A DNA stretch of 64,000 nucleotides, taken from an uncultured virus (IMG/VR IMGVR_UViG_3300028372_000001) (Duplodnaviria; Heunggongvirae; Uroviricota; Caudoviricetes). Positions within the stretch are counted from its first letter, which is position 1; every line of letters starts with the position of its first letter. The notes below the pieces were generated by a model. It was not told where the DNA came from. It searched no databases and saw nothing but the letters and a program-made list of their open reading frames with translations. Location: IMG/VR virus record IMGVR_UViG_3300028372_000001; one strand, written 5' to 3'. Below are positions 41,586 through 51,289 of the stretch, piece after piece. Position numbers and translations under genes: made by a program.

Positions 41586-42417
41586 TAAGCAAGCCCTTAA
41601 AAATGTGTGCTATTACATCAACAGTCCACCCGTTACCAATACATTTATATCTCTGTGTTTTGTTTAATGGCAAAGTGTATGTAGGAGGCAGCGTCTGGAA
41701 TCGTTCACATTCTTCGGGAGTAGCTGATCTCGTAATGCCTTCACCACGCCGTATCTTGTCTAAAGTATTGGATTCTAAAGCAATGAGAGCCTGTTTCAAA
41801 TCAACAACAATTCTGTATTTTGTCGCTGGCGATTGTGCAGCAAGAGAAGGGTATTTCTCAAAAAACTTTATTTCGTCTGATATATATCCATGCCCCAAAC
41901 GATATAAATAATCATTAAAACAGTCTGCATCTTTGTTTACTATTTTTGGTATTGAAATATTCGTCCAATATAACCTCTCTCTGTTTTGACATGAAAACAA
42001 AGAACTGTTTATCTTAGATACACTGACTCCTATATATTCACTAATCTTTTCTGCATACTCTTTTTTCATTTTTACATTTTCAAGCAAGAAGTGTTTTGGG
42101 TTAATTTCGTTTTTTAATCTGATAAACTCAAAAAATAATCTGCTTCTTGGGTCATCAAAATTTAATTGTTTACCAGCAAAACTAAACCCTTGGCAGGGGC
42201 TTCCGCCAATCAATAAATCAATCGTTGGCAAGTCCACCCCTTTTACCTTTGTTACATCACCTATATGTTTTGTGTTTGGGTAATTGCGTTTAGTTACTTG
42301 AATTGCATATTTATCAACCTCAGACGCAAAGTAATTATCCACATCTATTCCAGCCCTCTCTAATGCTATCTGACCACAAGATATCCCATCAAATAGACTT
42401 AGTACATTTATTCCCAT
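41572..42417 (-). CDS. DNA (cytosine-5)-methyltransferase
   Basis: LSLFDGI, GGSPCQGFS, LENV, QNRERLYW, ERFQT, GNGW. Confidence 0.92.
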   Translation of the reverse strand: MGINVLSLFDGISCGQIALERAGIDVDNYFASEVDKYAIQVTKRNYPNTKHIGDVTKVKGVDLPTIDLLIGGSPCQGFSFAGKQLNFDDPRSRLFFEFIRLKNEINPKHFLLENVKMKKEYAEKISEYIGVSVSKINSSLFSCQNRERLYWTNISIPKIVNKDADCFNDYLYRLGHGYISDEIKFFEKYPSLAAQSPATKYRIVVDLKQALIALESNTLDKIRRGEGITRSATPEECERFQTLPPTYTLPLNKTQRYKCIGNGWTVDVIAHIFKGLLNENL

Positions 42418-42562
42418 CTTTCGACTCCTTAATTAACTTTTTGTTTGCATTCACAATCTTCTGCATGTCCTCAACAGATATTTCTTTTTCCAAAGTCTCA
42501 AAGAAATAAACTTTTTCATCCTCTGTCTCGAAGTACTCTTTAGTCACTTTTATTATTTTCAT
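42407..42562 (-). CDS. Small ORF (MKIIKVTKEYFETEDEKVYFFE...)
   Basis: AGGAG RBS and promoter; overlaps the MTase start. Confidence 0.5.
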
Positions 42563-42920
42563 CTTTTACTCCTATAATATACTATGTTTTTGGTTAAAAA
42601 GCAAGTGGTTTTAACCGATTTCTTTTGGTTTTGTTGGATTTTCATAAGCAGTTACAACCTCCCGGGTGCGGCCCAGGAGGCTGGTCGATTCCCGCCGCAT
42701 CGCAGCATCTCCTCAGGCGTAACTGGATGCATGAACAGTATCCGATTGCTTGCCGATTGACGTGAGACATCTGCCATTGACGGTGTGGGAGGCCCGGCCG
42801 ATCATCCAGCAGCTATTTCGGAAATCCGAGTTGAACGGACGTTCTTCTATCCAGTTGATACGGCGTACTGGTATCCAGATATCAAAGCGTCCGTACAATA
42901 TCTGTTAGCACTCCCTATAC

Positions 42921-44066
42921 TCAAAACATCTCAGCAACAGTTTCTCCAATAGCGGTTCCAAGCAAGGGAGGCACTGCGTTGCCTATTTGCTTTGTAATTT
43001 GTGTCCTGGTTCCAAAAAATTGGAAAGTATCGTCAAAAGATTGAAGCCGAGCTCCTTCTCTTGGTGTGAGTGCTCTATCTAGCACAGGATGGATGCAACG
43101 GTTTGATGCAGGATGAACAAAGTTAACGGTGATGGTTACTGCCGGATGGTCCGCATCAAGTCGGCTATAACAGCTACTAAATCCGCTAGTTATGAGATGC
43201 TTAGGAATACAGTTTATATTCTTTCCTGAATGCTTAATAATCTCAAGCATCTTATTGGAGTGAGCGGTGGCTATATGTAGCTCTAAAATTTCTGAACTTT
43301 CCCTTCTATCCTTTTGGTATTGATTCTGTGGCGGCATGGAGTATTCACTGGCAATTTCACCTGATGAAATAGGAGGAAGGTCACTTATTGCATCCATAGC
43401 AGACAATGCATCTGGTAGGATTTGCTCCTCAAATAAATCAGGTTCTCGCGGTGCAAGGATTCTAACCTTGTCCCGATAGCCAATTGTCGAGCCTTTGTAA
43501 AAATGAGTAGGAGTTGGAAATAATATCTTCCCTCCCTTTTGAACCCCAATCATGACGAACCTTTCGCGCTTTTGAGGTACACCGAAATGTGCTGCATTAA
43601 GTAGTTTCCAATCGGTTTCATACCCGATTTTTTTAAAGCAATCTTGCATTTTTTCTAGCGTTGTTCCGCCTTTGTGTGTGGCAAGCCCAACAACATTCTC
43701 TAGAATGAAAACTTTCGGCCTGAAATAATTAACGAAAGAAGCGTATTCCTCAAAAAGCGAGTTCCTGGGATCATCTTCTTTAGACGACCTAAAAGGCCTG
43801 ATGGATGAAAAGCCTTGGCAGGGAGGCCCTCCAACGAGAACATCTAACTGATCCCTTTTAACTCCCGTTATTTCCTCTACTTCGTGCCGTCTTAATTGCC
43901 GTATATCTTTACATATGCCGATTCCGGCTCGGTGGTTCAGCTTAAATGTTTCGACAGAGGCTGGAAGCACGTCAATACCGAGTTTAACATCAAAATTTGC
44001 TTGCTTGGAGTTTTCCATGCCCTTGGAAAATCCCCCGGTACCGCAAAAAAGATCAAATACTTTCAT
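42921..44066 (-). CDS. DNA (cytosine-5)-methyltransferase, bacterial R-M type
   Basis: DLFCGTGG, GGPPCQGFS, ENV, PQKRER, REGARLQSF, QIGNAVPP. Confidence 0.95.
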   Translation of the reverse strand: MKVFDLFCGTGGFSKGMENSKQANFDVKLGIDVLPASVETFKLNHRAGIGICKDIRQLRRHEVEEITGVKRDQLDVLVGGPPCQGFSSIRPFRSSKEDDPRNSLFEEYASFVNYFRPKVFILENVVGLATHKGGTTLEKMQDCFKKIGYETDWKLLNAAHFGVPQKRERFVMIGVQKGGKILFPTPTHFYKGSTIGYRDKVRILAPREPDLFEEQILPDALSAMDAISDLPPISSGEIASEYSMPPQNQYQKDRRESSEILELHIATAHSNKMLEIIKHSGKNINCIPKHLITSGFSSCYSRLDADHPAVTITVNFVHPASNRCIHPVLDRALTPREGARLQSFDDTFQFFGTRTQITKQIGNAVPPLLGTAIGETVAEMF

Positions 44067-44164
44067 AAGGTTATCTCGTTTCTCAGCTCCGGTGGAGACT
44101 ATAGTCTCCTAGTCATGATTAGTCAAGTCCAATAAACTTGTTGATTTTCGGCAAGAGATGAAGT

Positions 44165-44362
44165 ATGGCGAAGGATACAGCAGTTACGGCAGCGTTCGTG
44201 GAGTTGGCGAAGAAAATTCGGGAGCAAAAAGGTCTTACCATCGAACAGCTAGCCGATATGGCCGGAGTTCATAGGACCACAATAGGTTTATTAGAACGCC
44301 ATGAGCGCACCCCAACGCTACAAGTAGCAAGTCAGATTGCAAAAGCCTTGAACCTCCTTTAA
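44165..44362 (+). CDS. XRE/C-protein-like HTH regulator, probably truncated
   Basis: IREQKGLTIEQLADMAGVHRTTIGLLER..RTPTL; divergent from the MTase. Confidence 0.75.
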   Translation: MAKDTAVTAAFVELAKKIREQKGLTIEQLADMAGVHRTTIGLLERHERTPTLQVASQIAKALNLL

Positions 44363-44615
44363 TATATTATATTCTCCTATATAAATTTTAAATCACAGCG
44401 GCCCGGCTCTGATTCTATTAGTCATTATCTATTCCTTTCACAATTTATTTTATGGTTTACATTTAAATAACATTTAAATAAAGAGTGTATCGCTTAAGGC
44501 CCGGCTCTGATTCTAATCATCGGAGTTATCCAAGTTAGCGGTGAGGCTGCTTAGGGTGAGCCCCGTAACCCGAGAGCGCTTACTATACCAACGGGAGTTC
44601 AGTGGGTCAAGTGTT

Positions 44616-44957
44616 TTAACGCGTGACGCCGATCATTTCCTGACCGCTGACTTCGTTGAGCCACACCCCGTAATACTTACCGGATGATTTTTCTTCATGC
44701 CACTCGACACGCTCTATATTGTCCTTCATGAAAGTCTGAGTGAACTCACTCGACAGGGCTGACGATCCAGTCTGCCCTCGGACATTGAAGATGGTCCGCT
44801 CGGCGTCAAGGAGCTGACCTTGAAGTTTCTGTTCTGCGTCCGGGTCAACATACATTGCAACCCTGCTACCATTGAGGCCGACCACCACACAGAGCGTTAC
44901 AGCATGCTGGTATTCGTACATGGTCGGCCAGTTACCAAGCTCTTCGGGATAATCCAT
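44616..44957 (-). CDS. Hypothetical protein
   Basis: GGAG RBS. Confidence 0.5.
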   Translation of the reverse strand: MDYPEELGNWPTMYEYQHAVTLCVVVGLNGSRVAMYVDPDAEQKLQGQLLDAERTIFNVRGQTGSSALSSEFTQTFMKDNIERVEWHEEKSSGKYYGVWLNEVSGQEMIGVTR

Positions 44958-44989
44958 GATTGTCTCCAGTTGATGCGGGTAATTTACAC

Positions 44990-46120
44990 CTACATGATAA
45001 GTTTGTCAAGAAGTTTACGACGCTCAACAAAAATTGCATCGCTGATTTCCTTGCCCTTCAGCGAAGCCTGTTGATCTTCACTGAGGTTATCGAAGCCAAC
45101 CAGTCCCGCTTGAACGACAGCAGACACCACATCATTCGCTATGTGTGCCGCGTCTTCAGAATACGTCATCCACATCATGTATTCCCATTGAATGCACAAC
45201 CGGTCTATGTTATGACTGCTGTCCAGCCTGAAGCGTTTCATGACACCCACCAGAGCATCGAGCAATTCTTCACGACCATCGGTGCGGAACGCTTTGGACA
45301 TAGCTACAGCGAACACGCATTGGTTACGCAGGATGCTCGGCATTTTGGCAGCAACGGCAAAATCGTGTACAACATCTTCGTTCCAGTCTTGGAAGATTGC
45401 CATCCACCGCACCACTTTCGAAGCATCACGGGAGCCAAGTGATCGAAGATTGCAGATAGAGTCCAATAGCACCGAAGCAACATCAGCACCGAACAGTGGC
45501 TCCAGAGCGCCAGCCTCATCGAGCACTTCAATGAAGCGATGGGGATGCGGCTCCATTATGGCATGCTGGCATTCCTTCCATACACGCTCTTTCACAAGCG
45601 AATCAAGGTCACCGTCTGCTACCATGTCCATCATGAAAGCCATCGTCTCCGGGGCAACACTGAAGTTGAAGCGAGCCGCGAATCGTGCAGCACGCAGGAC
45701 ACGCAACGGGTCTTCACGGAATGCAGGCGAAACGTGACGGATGATACCATCAGCGATATCAGCACGACCATTGAAGGGGTCGATGATCTTATCGTCCCAG
45801 CTTCGAGCGATGGCGTTCATCGTGAAGTCACGACGCACCAGATCCTCTTTCAGCGTCACATCTGGAGAGTGGTCCGTCTCGAAGCCTTTGTGACCAGAGC
45901 CAACCTTACGCTCCGTGCGGGCGAGCGCAAACTCATCACCATTTTTATCGAGGAACACGGGGAAGTCTGCACCAACATGCTGAAACCCAGCACGCAGCAT
46001 TTGCTCGGGCGTAGCATTGACTACGACGAAATCGAAATCGTGCGGCTCCCGACCCATGAGTTCGTCACGAACAGCGCCGCCGACCAGAAAGATTTTTGAG
46101 TTGTCAAGAAAGCGGCGCAC
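44990..46120 (-). CDS. cca: tRNA nucleotidyltransferase (CCA-adding enzyme, class II)
   Basis: LVGGAVRD, DFDFVV, ALARTERK, DLVRRDFTMNA, EDPLRVLRAARF, ERVWKE. Confidence 0.93.
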   Translation of the reverse strand: MRRFLDNSKIFLVGGAVRDELMGREPHDFDFVVVNATPEQMLRAGFQHVGADFPVFLDKNGDEFALARTERKVGSGHKGFETDHSPDVTLKEDLVRRDFTMNAIARSWDDKIIDPFNGRADIADGIIRHVSPAFREDPLRVLRAARFAARFNFSVAPETMAFMMDMVADGDLDSLVKERVWKECQHAIMEPHPHRFIEVLDEAGALEPLFGADVASVLLDSICNLRSLGSRDASKVVRWMAIFQDWNEDVVHDFAVAAKMPSILRNQCVFAVAMSKAFRTDGREELLDALVGVMKRFRLDSSHNIDRLCIQWEYMMWMTYSEDAAHIANDVVSAVVQAGLVGFDNLSEDQQASLKGKEISDAIFVERRKLLDKLIM

Positions 46121-46462
46121 AGTATGTCTCCAGTTGATTCCAGTATATTACTCGAAGTCGGTAGGTTCATAGGGTCGGCTCAGGTGATCCCGTTGGATAG
46201 CTTTGACCACCTTTGCACCGAAGTCCCTGTCGTCTTCGATTTCGTGCAGGTGGTCATTCAGAACCAAAATTGCACTGTTGAACCCATCAGATTTCTCCAA
46301 GGTAAATGATTGAGTCGGCCCGACAATCTTCAATGGTATTGAAGAGCCCTTCGGACATTGCTTCCCCATCGTTTACGTCATGCCACTCCCAACCCTGAAA
46401 AGTTGGCCCGTTGTCAACATAGAAGAACCGAATGTCGGGAGTGTTATGTTCGATACCATTTA

Positions 46463-47050
46463 TCATATTTCCCCCTGCTTACGCAGTCTGCGGCATTTGT
46501 AGATGTATTGTACCGTAGTGGTCTCGGGTACGTCCAGTTCCTCGGCAATCTTTTTTGCAAGCTCATCGACACGATTGGACTTGTCGAAGGTCTCAGGATT
46601 GTCCAACATGTACTCTTGAACCTTGTTGAACGTGCCCCCGCTTCGACCACGCTTGGCTCCACCCTCACCGTCCTCATCGGAGACCAGACCAGCGTACTTC
46701 ACAGCTTCGGCCTTTGCGTACTCGACTGCCTCCATGTAGTCTTTCAGGGTGAAGGGGAGCATACTCGTCCACTCACGACCCTTGATATGCTTGTGATTGA
46801 CCGGAGCATCTTCGTCGATGCCTTCGGTAATGGATTCCTTGCGGTGCTTGAATTCGATCAGCACCAGCTTGCAGGTTGCCAGACGGGCAACGATGTGATC
46901 GGTGGGGGTCTCGAACGGACCCTCGACCATATCACGCAGTAGGCGGCGGACGGGACCAGCCTTCATCCCCATGATTTCCTGCACGACACCCGACCCAGAG
47001 AAGGGCGTGATGCGGGAATTCTTGATATGCTGCTCGAAGATGTCGGGCAT
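46463..47050 (-). CDS. Hypothetical protein with a C-terminal HTH-like module
   Basis: GGAG RBS and promoter. Confidence 0.6.
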   Translation of the reverse strand: MPDIFEQHIKNSRITPFSGSGVVQEIMGMKAGPVRRLLRDMVEGPFETPTDHIVARLATCKLVLIEFKHRKESITEGIDEDAPVNHKHIKGREWTSMLPFTLKDYMEAVEYAKAEAVKYAGLVSDEDGEGGAKRGRSGGTFNKVQEYMLDNPETFDKSNRVDELAKKIAEELDVPETTTVQYIYKCRRLRKQGEI

Positions 47051-47783
47051 TTGATTCTCCAGTTGATGCCGATATTATACAGCTATGCTTTACGGTATGC
47101 AAGCATATATTTGCGACTGCTTCGTACTATTTCACGATGAGTCGTGGCATATTCATAGTGAGAAGCCATTTCTCGCTGCTCTCGCGTTATGTCAAGGTCT
47201 TTTTTAGGGGATGTTCGGCCATTCCCCCAACCGCCAGCCTAGTATAAGCTATAAATTATAAGGAATCAATCTTTTTTACAGATATTTTTCGACCACCATT
47301 CCCCTGCCTTTCCACCGGGGAGTGTGTGACGATATCGACGATGAGCCCGTGAGAGCGCCTCTCGGTATGCTGCGGGTTGTTTGTCGGTCATAATCATGAG
47401 ACTTCTTCCCCGAAAATTTGCTCGTGTGAATAGTTCAGGAGTGCTAGAGTGCAGTCTAGATCAGCGAAGCCGCACCCACGCAACAGCCAGTAGGAGTACA
47501 ACGGCCCACACCACGGTTTAGCCTTCATCTGCAGGCACCGGGACGGCGATCATCACGCTACATCCTGATAGGTTTCCACTGGCGGAAGGCTGTCAACCCA
47601 TTCGTCCATCTCGTCCATGTACTGGAAAGTGTCAAAGCCACAATCCATACAGAAACCACTGAGGGTATCGATGGAACCTTCACAGTCTACACACTTGATC
47701 ATGACAGTCTCCCTTGAAGTGATGAGCCCATTTTACGCTAGTCGGGGCACCTTGTCAAGTAGAAACCGGACCCCGAATTTACA

Positions 47784-48542
47784 TCACGCGGCCTTTCGTG
47801 CTATCAGATTGGCGTCACGAACGAAGCCGCTAGTATCATACCGGGCCTTCCCCTTTGCCGTCAGTGCCACAATGGCACCACCATTCGGGTCGAAGAAACG
47901 CACGTCAGACGTATCGCCATCCACCACCGGAAAGCCCATCCACTGTGAAGGCTTCGCATCTTTTTTGCGAAGGTTCATAACCACGGCAACATTGTATCCT
48001 TCACGAATCGCCATGAACGCATCGGTATCGTTATCCTCTGCAAGACTGAAAGTCAAGTGATAGTTGGGGAGAGCAATGGCAGACTTGCGCCCGCGAATTT
48101 TTGTGTAATCATAGAATTGCAGGTCAGGGAAGGCGACCATGAGATTGCGATGATTCACACCATCCACAGTCACGCGGTACTTTTCCCATGCAATGTCAGA
48201 CGTGCCATTGAGACGCACTGCGGGAACCATGCCTTTGCGGGCAGCTTTGCGAATCAGACGCTGAATGTCAGCGACAAGGGTATCCATGAAGCTGTCGCGA
48301 TCCTCATGGAGCCACAACGTCCGATTGATACGTCCAGCAACAACGGGTGCCATGACCCCACGCCCTGCCGTATACAGGCATGCTGCCTTGCATCCGGCTG
48401 ATGCTTTCGGGCACACTTCATAGCCTGATACGTCAGCCGGAGCGAGATACAGCACTCCCGTGAGTATACCGAGCTTTTCACCTTTGACAGTCTTGGCGTC
48501 AGTGGAGATGGTCAGGAGATTCTTGCGCTGGACGTGTGCCAT
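47784..48542 (-). CDS. GP88-like Cys-cluster phage protein
   Basis: VCP.AS.GC...CL..AGRG, RLNGTSDI.WE, QFYDYTK, NYHLTFS. Confidence 0.7.
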   Translation of the reverse strand: MAHVQRKNLLTISTDAKTVKGEKLGILTGVLYLAPADVSGYEVCPKASAGCKAACLYTAGRGVMAPVVAGRINRTLWLHEDRDSFMDTLVADIQRLIRKAARKGMVPAVRLNGTSDIAWEKYRVTVDGVNHRNLMVAFPDLQFYDYTKIRGRKSAIALPNYHLTFSLAEDNDTDAFMAIREGYNVAVVMNLRKKDAKPSQWMGFPVVDGDTSDVRFFDPNGGAIVALTAKGKARYDTSGFVRDANLIARKAA

Positions 48543-49437
48543 GTTCGTGCTCCGTTTCGTTTCGATGGGGTCCATTATACGGAATAATTTGTTTATTGCA
48601 AGGTATTGACAGAAAAAAGTTTGGGTGTATGGTTCGCTGACATTGAGGAGGTTTCCCATGGATTTTTTCGACATTCTAATGAGTTTCGGCCTTTTGGCTG
48701 TCGCGATTCTTGCAATCGTGGTATTCTTGGTTGCGGCGCTCGTATCCGTGTTCACCGGTACAGGTATCGTTCGAGTGCTGAGCAATATGTTCGTCGCGCT
48801 GTTCGAACAGTATTGGCAGTATGTGCTGGTCTTGGGTATCTTGGGTATCTTGGGTGGACTTTCTTACATCTGGGTGGTATGATACGCAACAGGCAATATC
48901 ACCCCCAATCAGGAGCATGGCATGGTACATTGGAAATATCACGGTAACGGTTGAGTTCGAGGTGGATGACGAACACGCTGCCGAAAACCATCTGAACAAT
49001 ATTGGCAATGATATCGTGGATAGTTACAGGGACTACGGTACCACCGAGTCGAGCATTCACGACTACTCGGAATTTGAAAATGAGTAAAAAGCTAACGCAA
49101 ACGTTAGCCTTTGGAGATACAGTATGTGTGTAGAACTTGGCTATGACGTGTTTGAGACCGACGATGGGCTTCAGCTTCAGAAAGAAGATGAGAAGTCTCC
49201 GTATGAAAATGACATCGAAGCAGCCATTGCGTGTCTGAACGACGCATGGTATGGTGATGTTCGATCCCGCAACATGATTGCTGCGGTGCTGACGCAGGAT
49301 TCCAAGTACCTTGAGGGTTGACAAATGAAGTATGGGGCTATAACTTGGAAAGGCGTGTGGAAGCACCGCGCTCGTAGGGCACTCAAGCGGCTGGCTCGAA
49401 AGCAAGAGCGTCAAGCGGCAAAGAAGGAGTTGATGTA

Positions 49438-49809
49438 ATGTCGGAGTCAACAGAGTGTAATTGTGGCCATGCCAAGCTCATGTACTACTGCCTCATGTGT
49501 CCGGTGTGTGAGATGGCACAACGGAGGATGGTTACTACCATCAATTTCATCGAGGCGATGTATAAGACCGAAGCTTTGAATGGGCTTGTGCACCGCCAAG
49601 ACAACATCTCAGATGAATTCTGGAAGCAAATCATTTATTGGGATTTGATTAAGGGTAATGACACCACGTTCCAACATGATTTCGTGGATAGGTTGATCGA
49701 AGACGACACGGTTTGGAAGTATCCGGGGGCGAAAAAATTCACGGAATTGTTCGTCAACGCCCTTGACTTGCAGCACAAAGAAAGGATCATATGGATAGTT
49801 TCGTGGTAA
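49438..49809 (+). CDS. Hypothetical Cys-rich protein
   Basis: Operonic ORF. Confidence 0.5.
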   Translation: MSESTECNCGHAKLMYYCLMCPVCEMAQRRMVTTINFIEAMYKTEALNGLVHRQDNISDEFWKQIIYWDLIKGNDTTFQHDFVDRLIEDDTVWKYPGAKKFTELFVNALDLQHKERIIWIVSW

Positions 49810-49848
49810 GAGTTGACACAAGAAGGTAGGTGATGTACAGTATCATAC

Positions 49849-49992
49849 ATAGCCTAGTGGAATTTCAAGAGTAGCGAGGTCTCGTTTAGGGTAGCTCCCA
49901 GTTCCACTAGACTATTTTATTTGAGGTTTGGTAAGTGCCCTGTAGTAACGGGGGTGCCAGTCAAAGGTCGTTGATGGGGGCACTTTGACACA
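49849..49992 (+). ncRNA. Two structured RNA hairpin domains after a sigma70 promoter
   Basis: TTGACA-N17-TACAGT at 49813-49841; stems ctagtggaa/ttccactag and aagtgccc/gggcactt. Confidence 0.45.
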
Positions 49993-50000
49993 AGTTCATT

Positions 50001-50189
50001 GAACCGGTAGTTTATATTCTCCTAGACCAACGGGAGACGAAGGGGCCAAGCTAGCTCCGGGCTGTTTAAAACACACCTTGACTGTAGCGGTGAAGGTTTG
50101 ATTAAGGATACGTCGGTGATCCTTAGCACATGGGGATGCGCCAGTTGGCCCCATGAAGTGAAGAGGTTAGAAGCCTTTCCGGTTCGCCA
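50001..50189 (+). ncRNA. 189-nt enlarged tRNA-like RNA
   Basis: Acceptor GAACCGG/CCGGTTC-G-CCA; T-arm agagg-ttagaag-ccttt; extra hairpins in the D and variable regions. Confidence 0.7.
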
Positions 50190-50233
50190 ATTTAAGTGTT
50201 GACATGAGTCGATTAACCGTCTACACTGTGCAG

Positions 50234-50920
50234 CATGAGTTAGGGAGTTGCGTCCCTTAATGATGTGAGTACTCTCACGAAAGAGAGGGAGGCAGCCGGA
50301 TCGACGGTAGCGAAGCATCAGACTCTATCCGAGGTGGCCTCCATAAGAGTGGGGGAGATTCAAAGGCCGAGGTCGGGAGGCGCTTTGGAACGATAAGAGT
50401 GGGTGAGTCACTCGCCCGAAACAAGGAAAGCCTGATTATGCTTCGGCCTTAAATGGTTCAAGACAAAGGGATTGCCAGTGACAATATAATTAAAGGGCAG
50501 TAAAGGTTGGCAGTTTTCTACGATAAACTGCCTTTGGTGAGGTGCTAGAAAGGACCGGCCCCGTCACCGCGATAACAGGTCCACCAAAATGTGTTTAAAG
50601 TAATTAATGTGGGATAGCAGTAGACCCACCCCCTGAAACTAGGGTTAATAAATACTGTCGATAACTTTGCCCCGTGAAGCGTCGCCTTTTGGGTTGGATG
50701 GCTAAACCCAAATGAGTTACCGGACTCTAAAACCGGATAGAGGTGTCTGGTTGCCTCGAAAATATGAGCCAGATAGGCGGAGGTGTGAAGGCGACCGTAC
50801 ATCAAAGCTGAATCTAATTTTAGCGGAGCCCTTTGTAGTTGGGTGGTTAAACTACCATAATTAGTAGCCGGGAGCGTCACGTCCCCACCTGAGCGGCTAA
50901 AACCGCAACGTGACCGAATT
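50234..50920 (+). ncRNA. Large structured ncRNA of about 690 nt (GOLLD/ROOL-like size class)
   Basis: Own TTGACA-N17-TACACT promoter; no credible ORF; many hairpins and long-range helices. Confidence 0.65.
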
Positions 50921-50936
50921 GAGTGTTGACTAAGCT

Positions 50937-51092
50937 ATGGAACCAACTGATAAGCAAATCAAAGAACATATGGAGTCAACTGGTTTAAATTTTTATAATG
51001 CCAGAGAAGAACTCCGTGAAATGGAATATAAAGACGAACACCCCGACAAACCAAGCGATATGAGTTGGGGCGATTATTGGAAAACATATTAA
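50937..51092 (+). CDS. 51-aa hypothetical protein (MEPTDKQIKEHM...)
   Basis: Short AT-rich ORF filling the gap between RNAs; not in the ORF track. Confidence 0.45.
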   Translation: MEPTDKQIKEHMESTGLNFYNAREELREMEYKDEHPDKPSDMSWGDYWKTY

Positions 51093-51101
51093 CAAGGTTA
51101 T

Positions 51102-51222
51102 CGAGAGTGTACGAAAAGCAGCATAGTAGAATAGCTATTCTCTATGCTCTGGCAACCCGGCGGCACTTGAAAGCCGTGCTCTTAGCGGAGCTTGTAGGTT
51201 CGATCCCTACCACTCTCGACCA
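51102..51222 (+). tRNA. Atypical tRNA-Ser(UGA)-like RNA with an 8-bp acceptor and a hairpin inserted in the D-loop
   Basis: cgagagtg/cactctcg-A-CCA; T-arm gtagg-ttcgatc-cctac; long variable arm; anticodon region acttgaaa. Confidence 0.7.
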
Positions 51223-51289
51223 ATTTCCCTTGACAACCATTCAATAATCCCTTATAATTTATAAATTATAAGCAGGAGACACCCCCCCA

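Larger units (their letters stand above)
40930..42662 (-). mobile_element. IS607-like element carrying a small ORF and a cytosine methyltransferase, with no tnpB
   Basis: AT-rich block with sharp compositional borders; three overlapping genes; ends inferred. Confidence 0.6.

Noticed and set aside
42713..42910. Integron attC site after the MTase
   Set aside because: A CTAAC is present but there is no convincing complementary core or palindrome, and no integrase
50001..50189. tmRNA
   Set aside because: No Ala-type acceptor or A discriminator, too short, and no evident tag ORF
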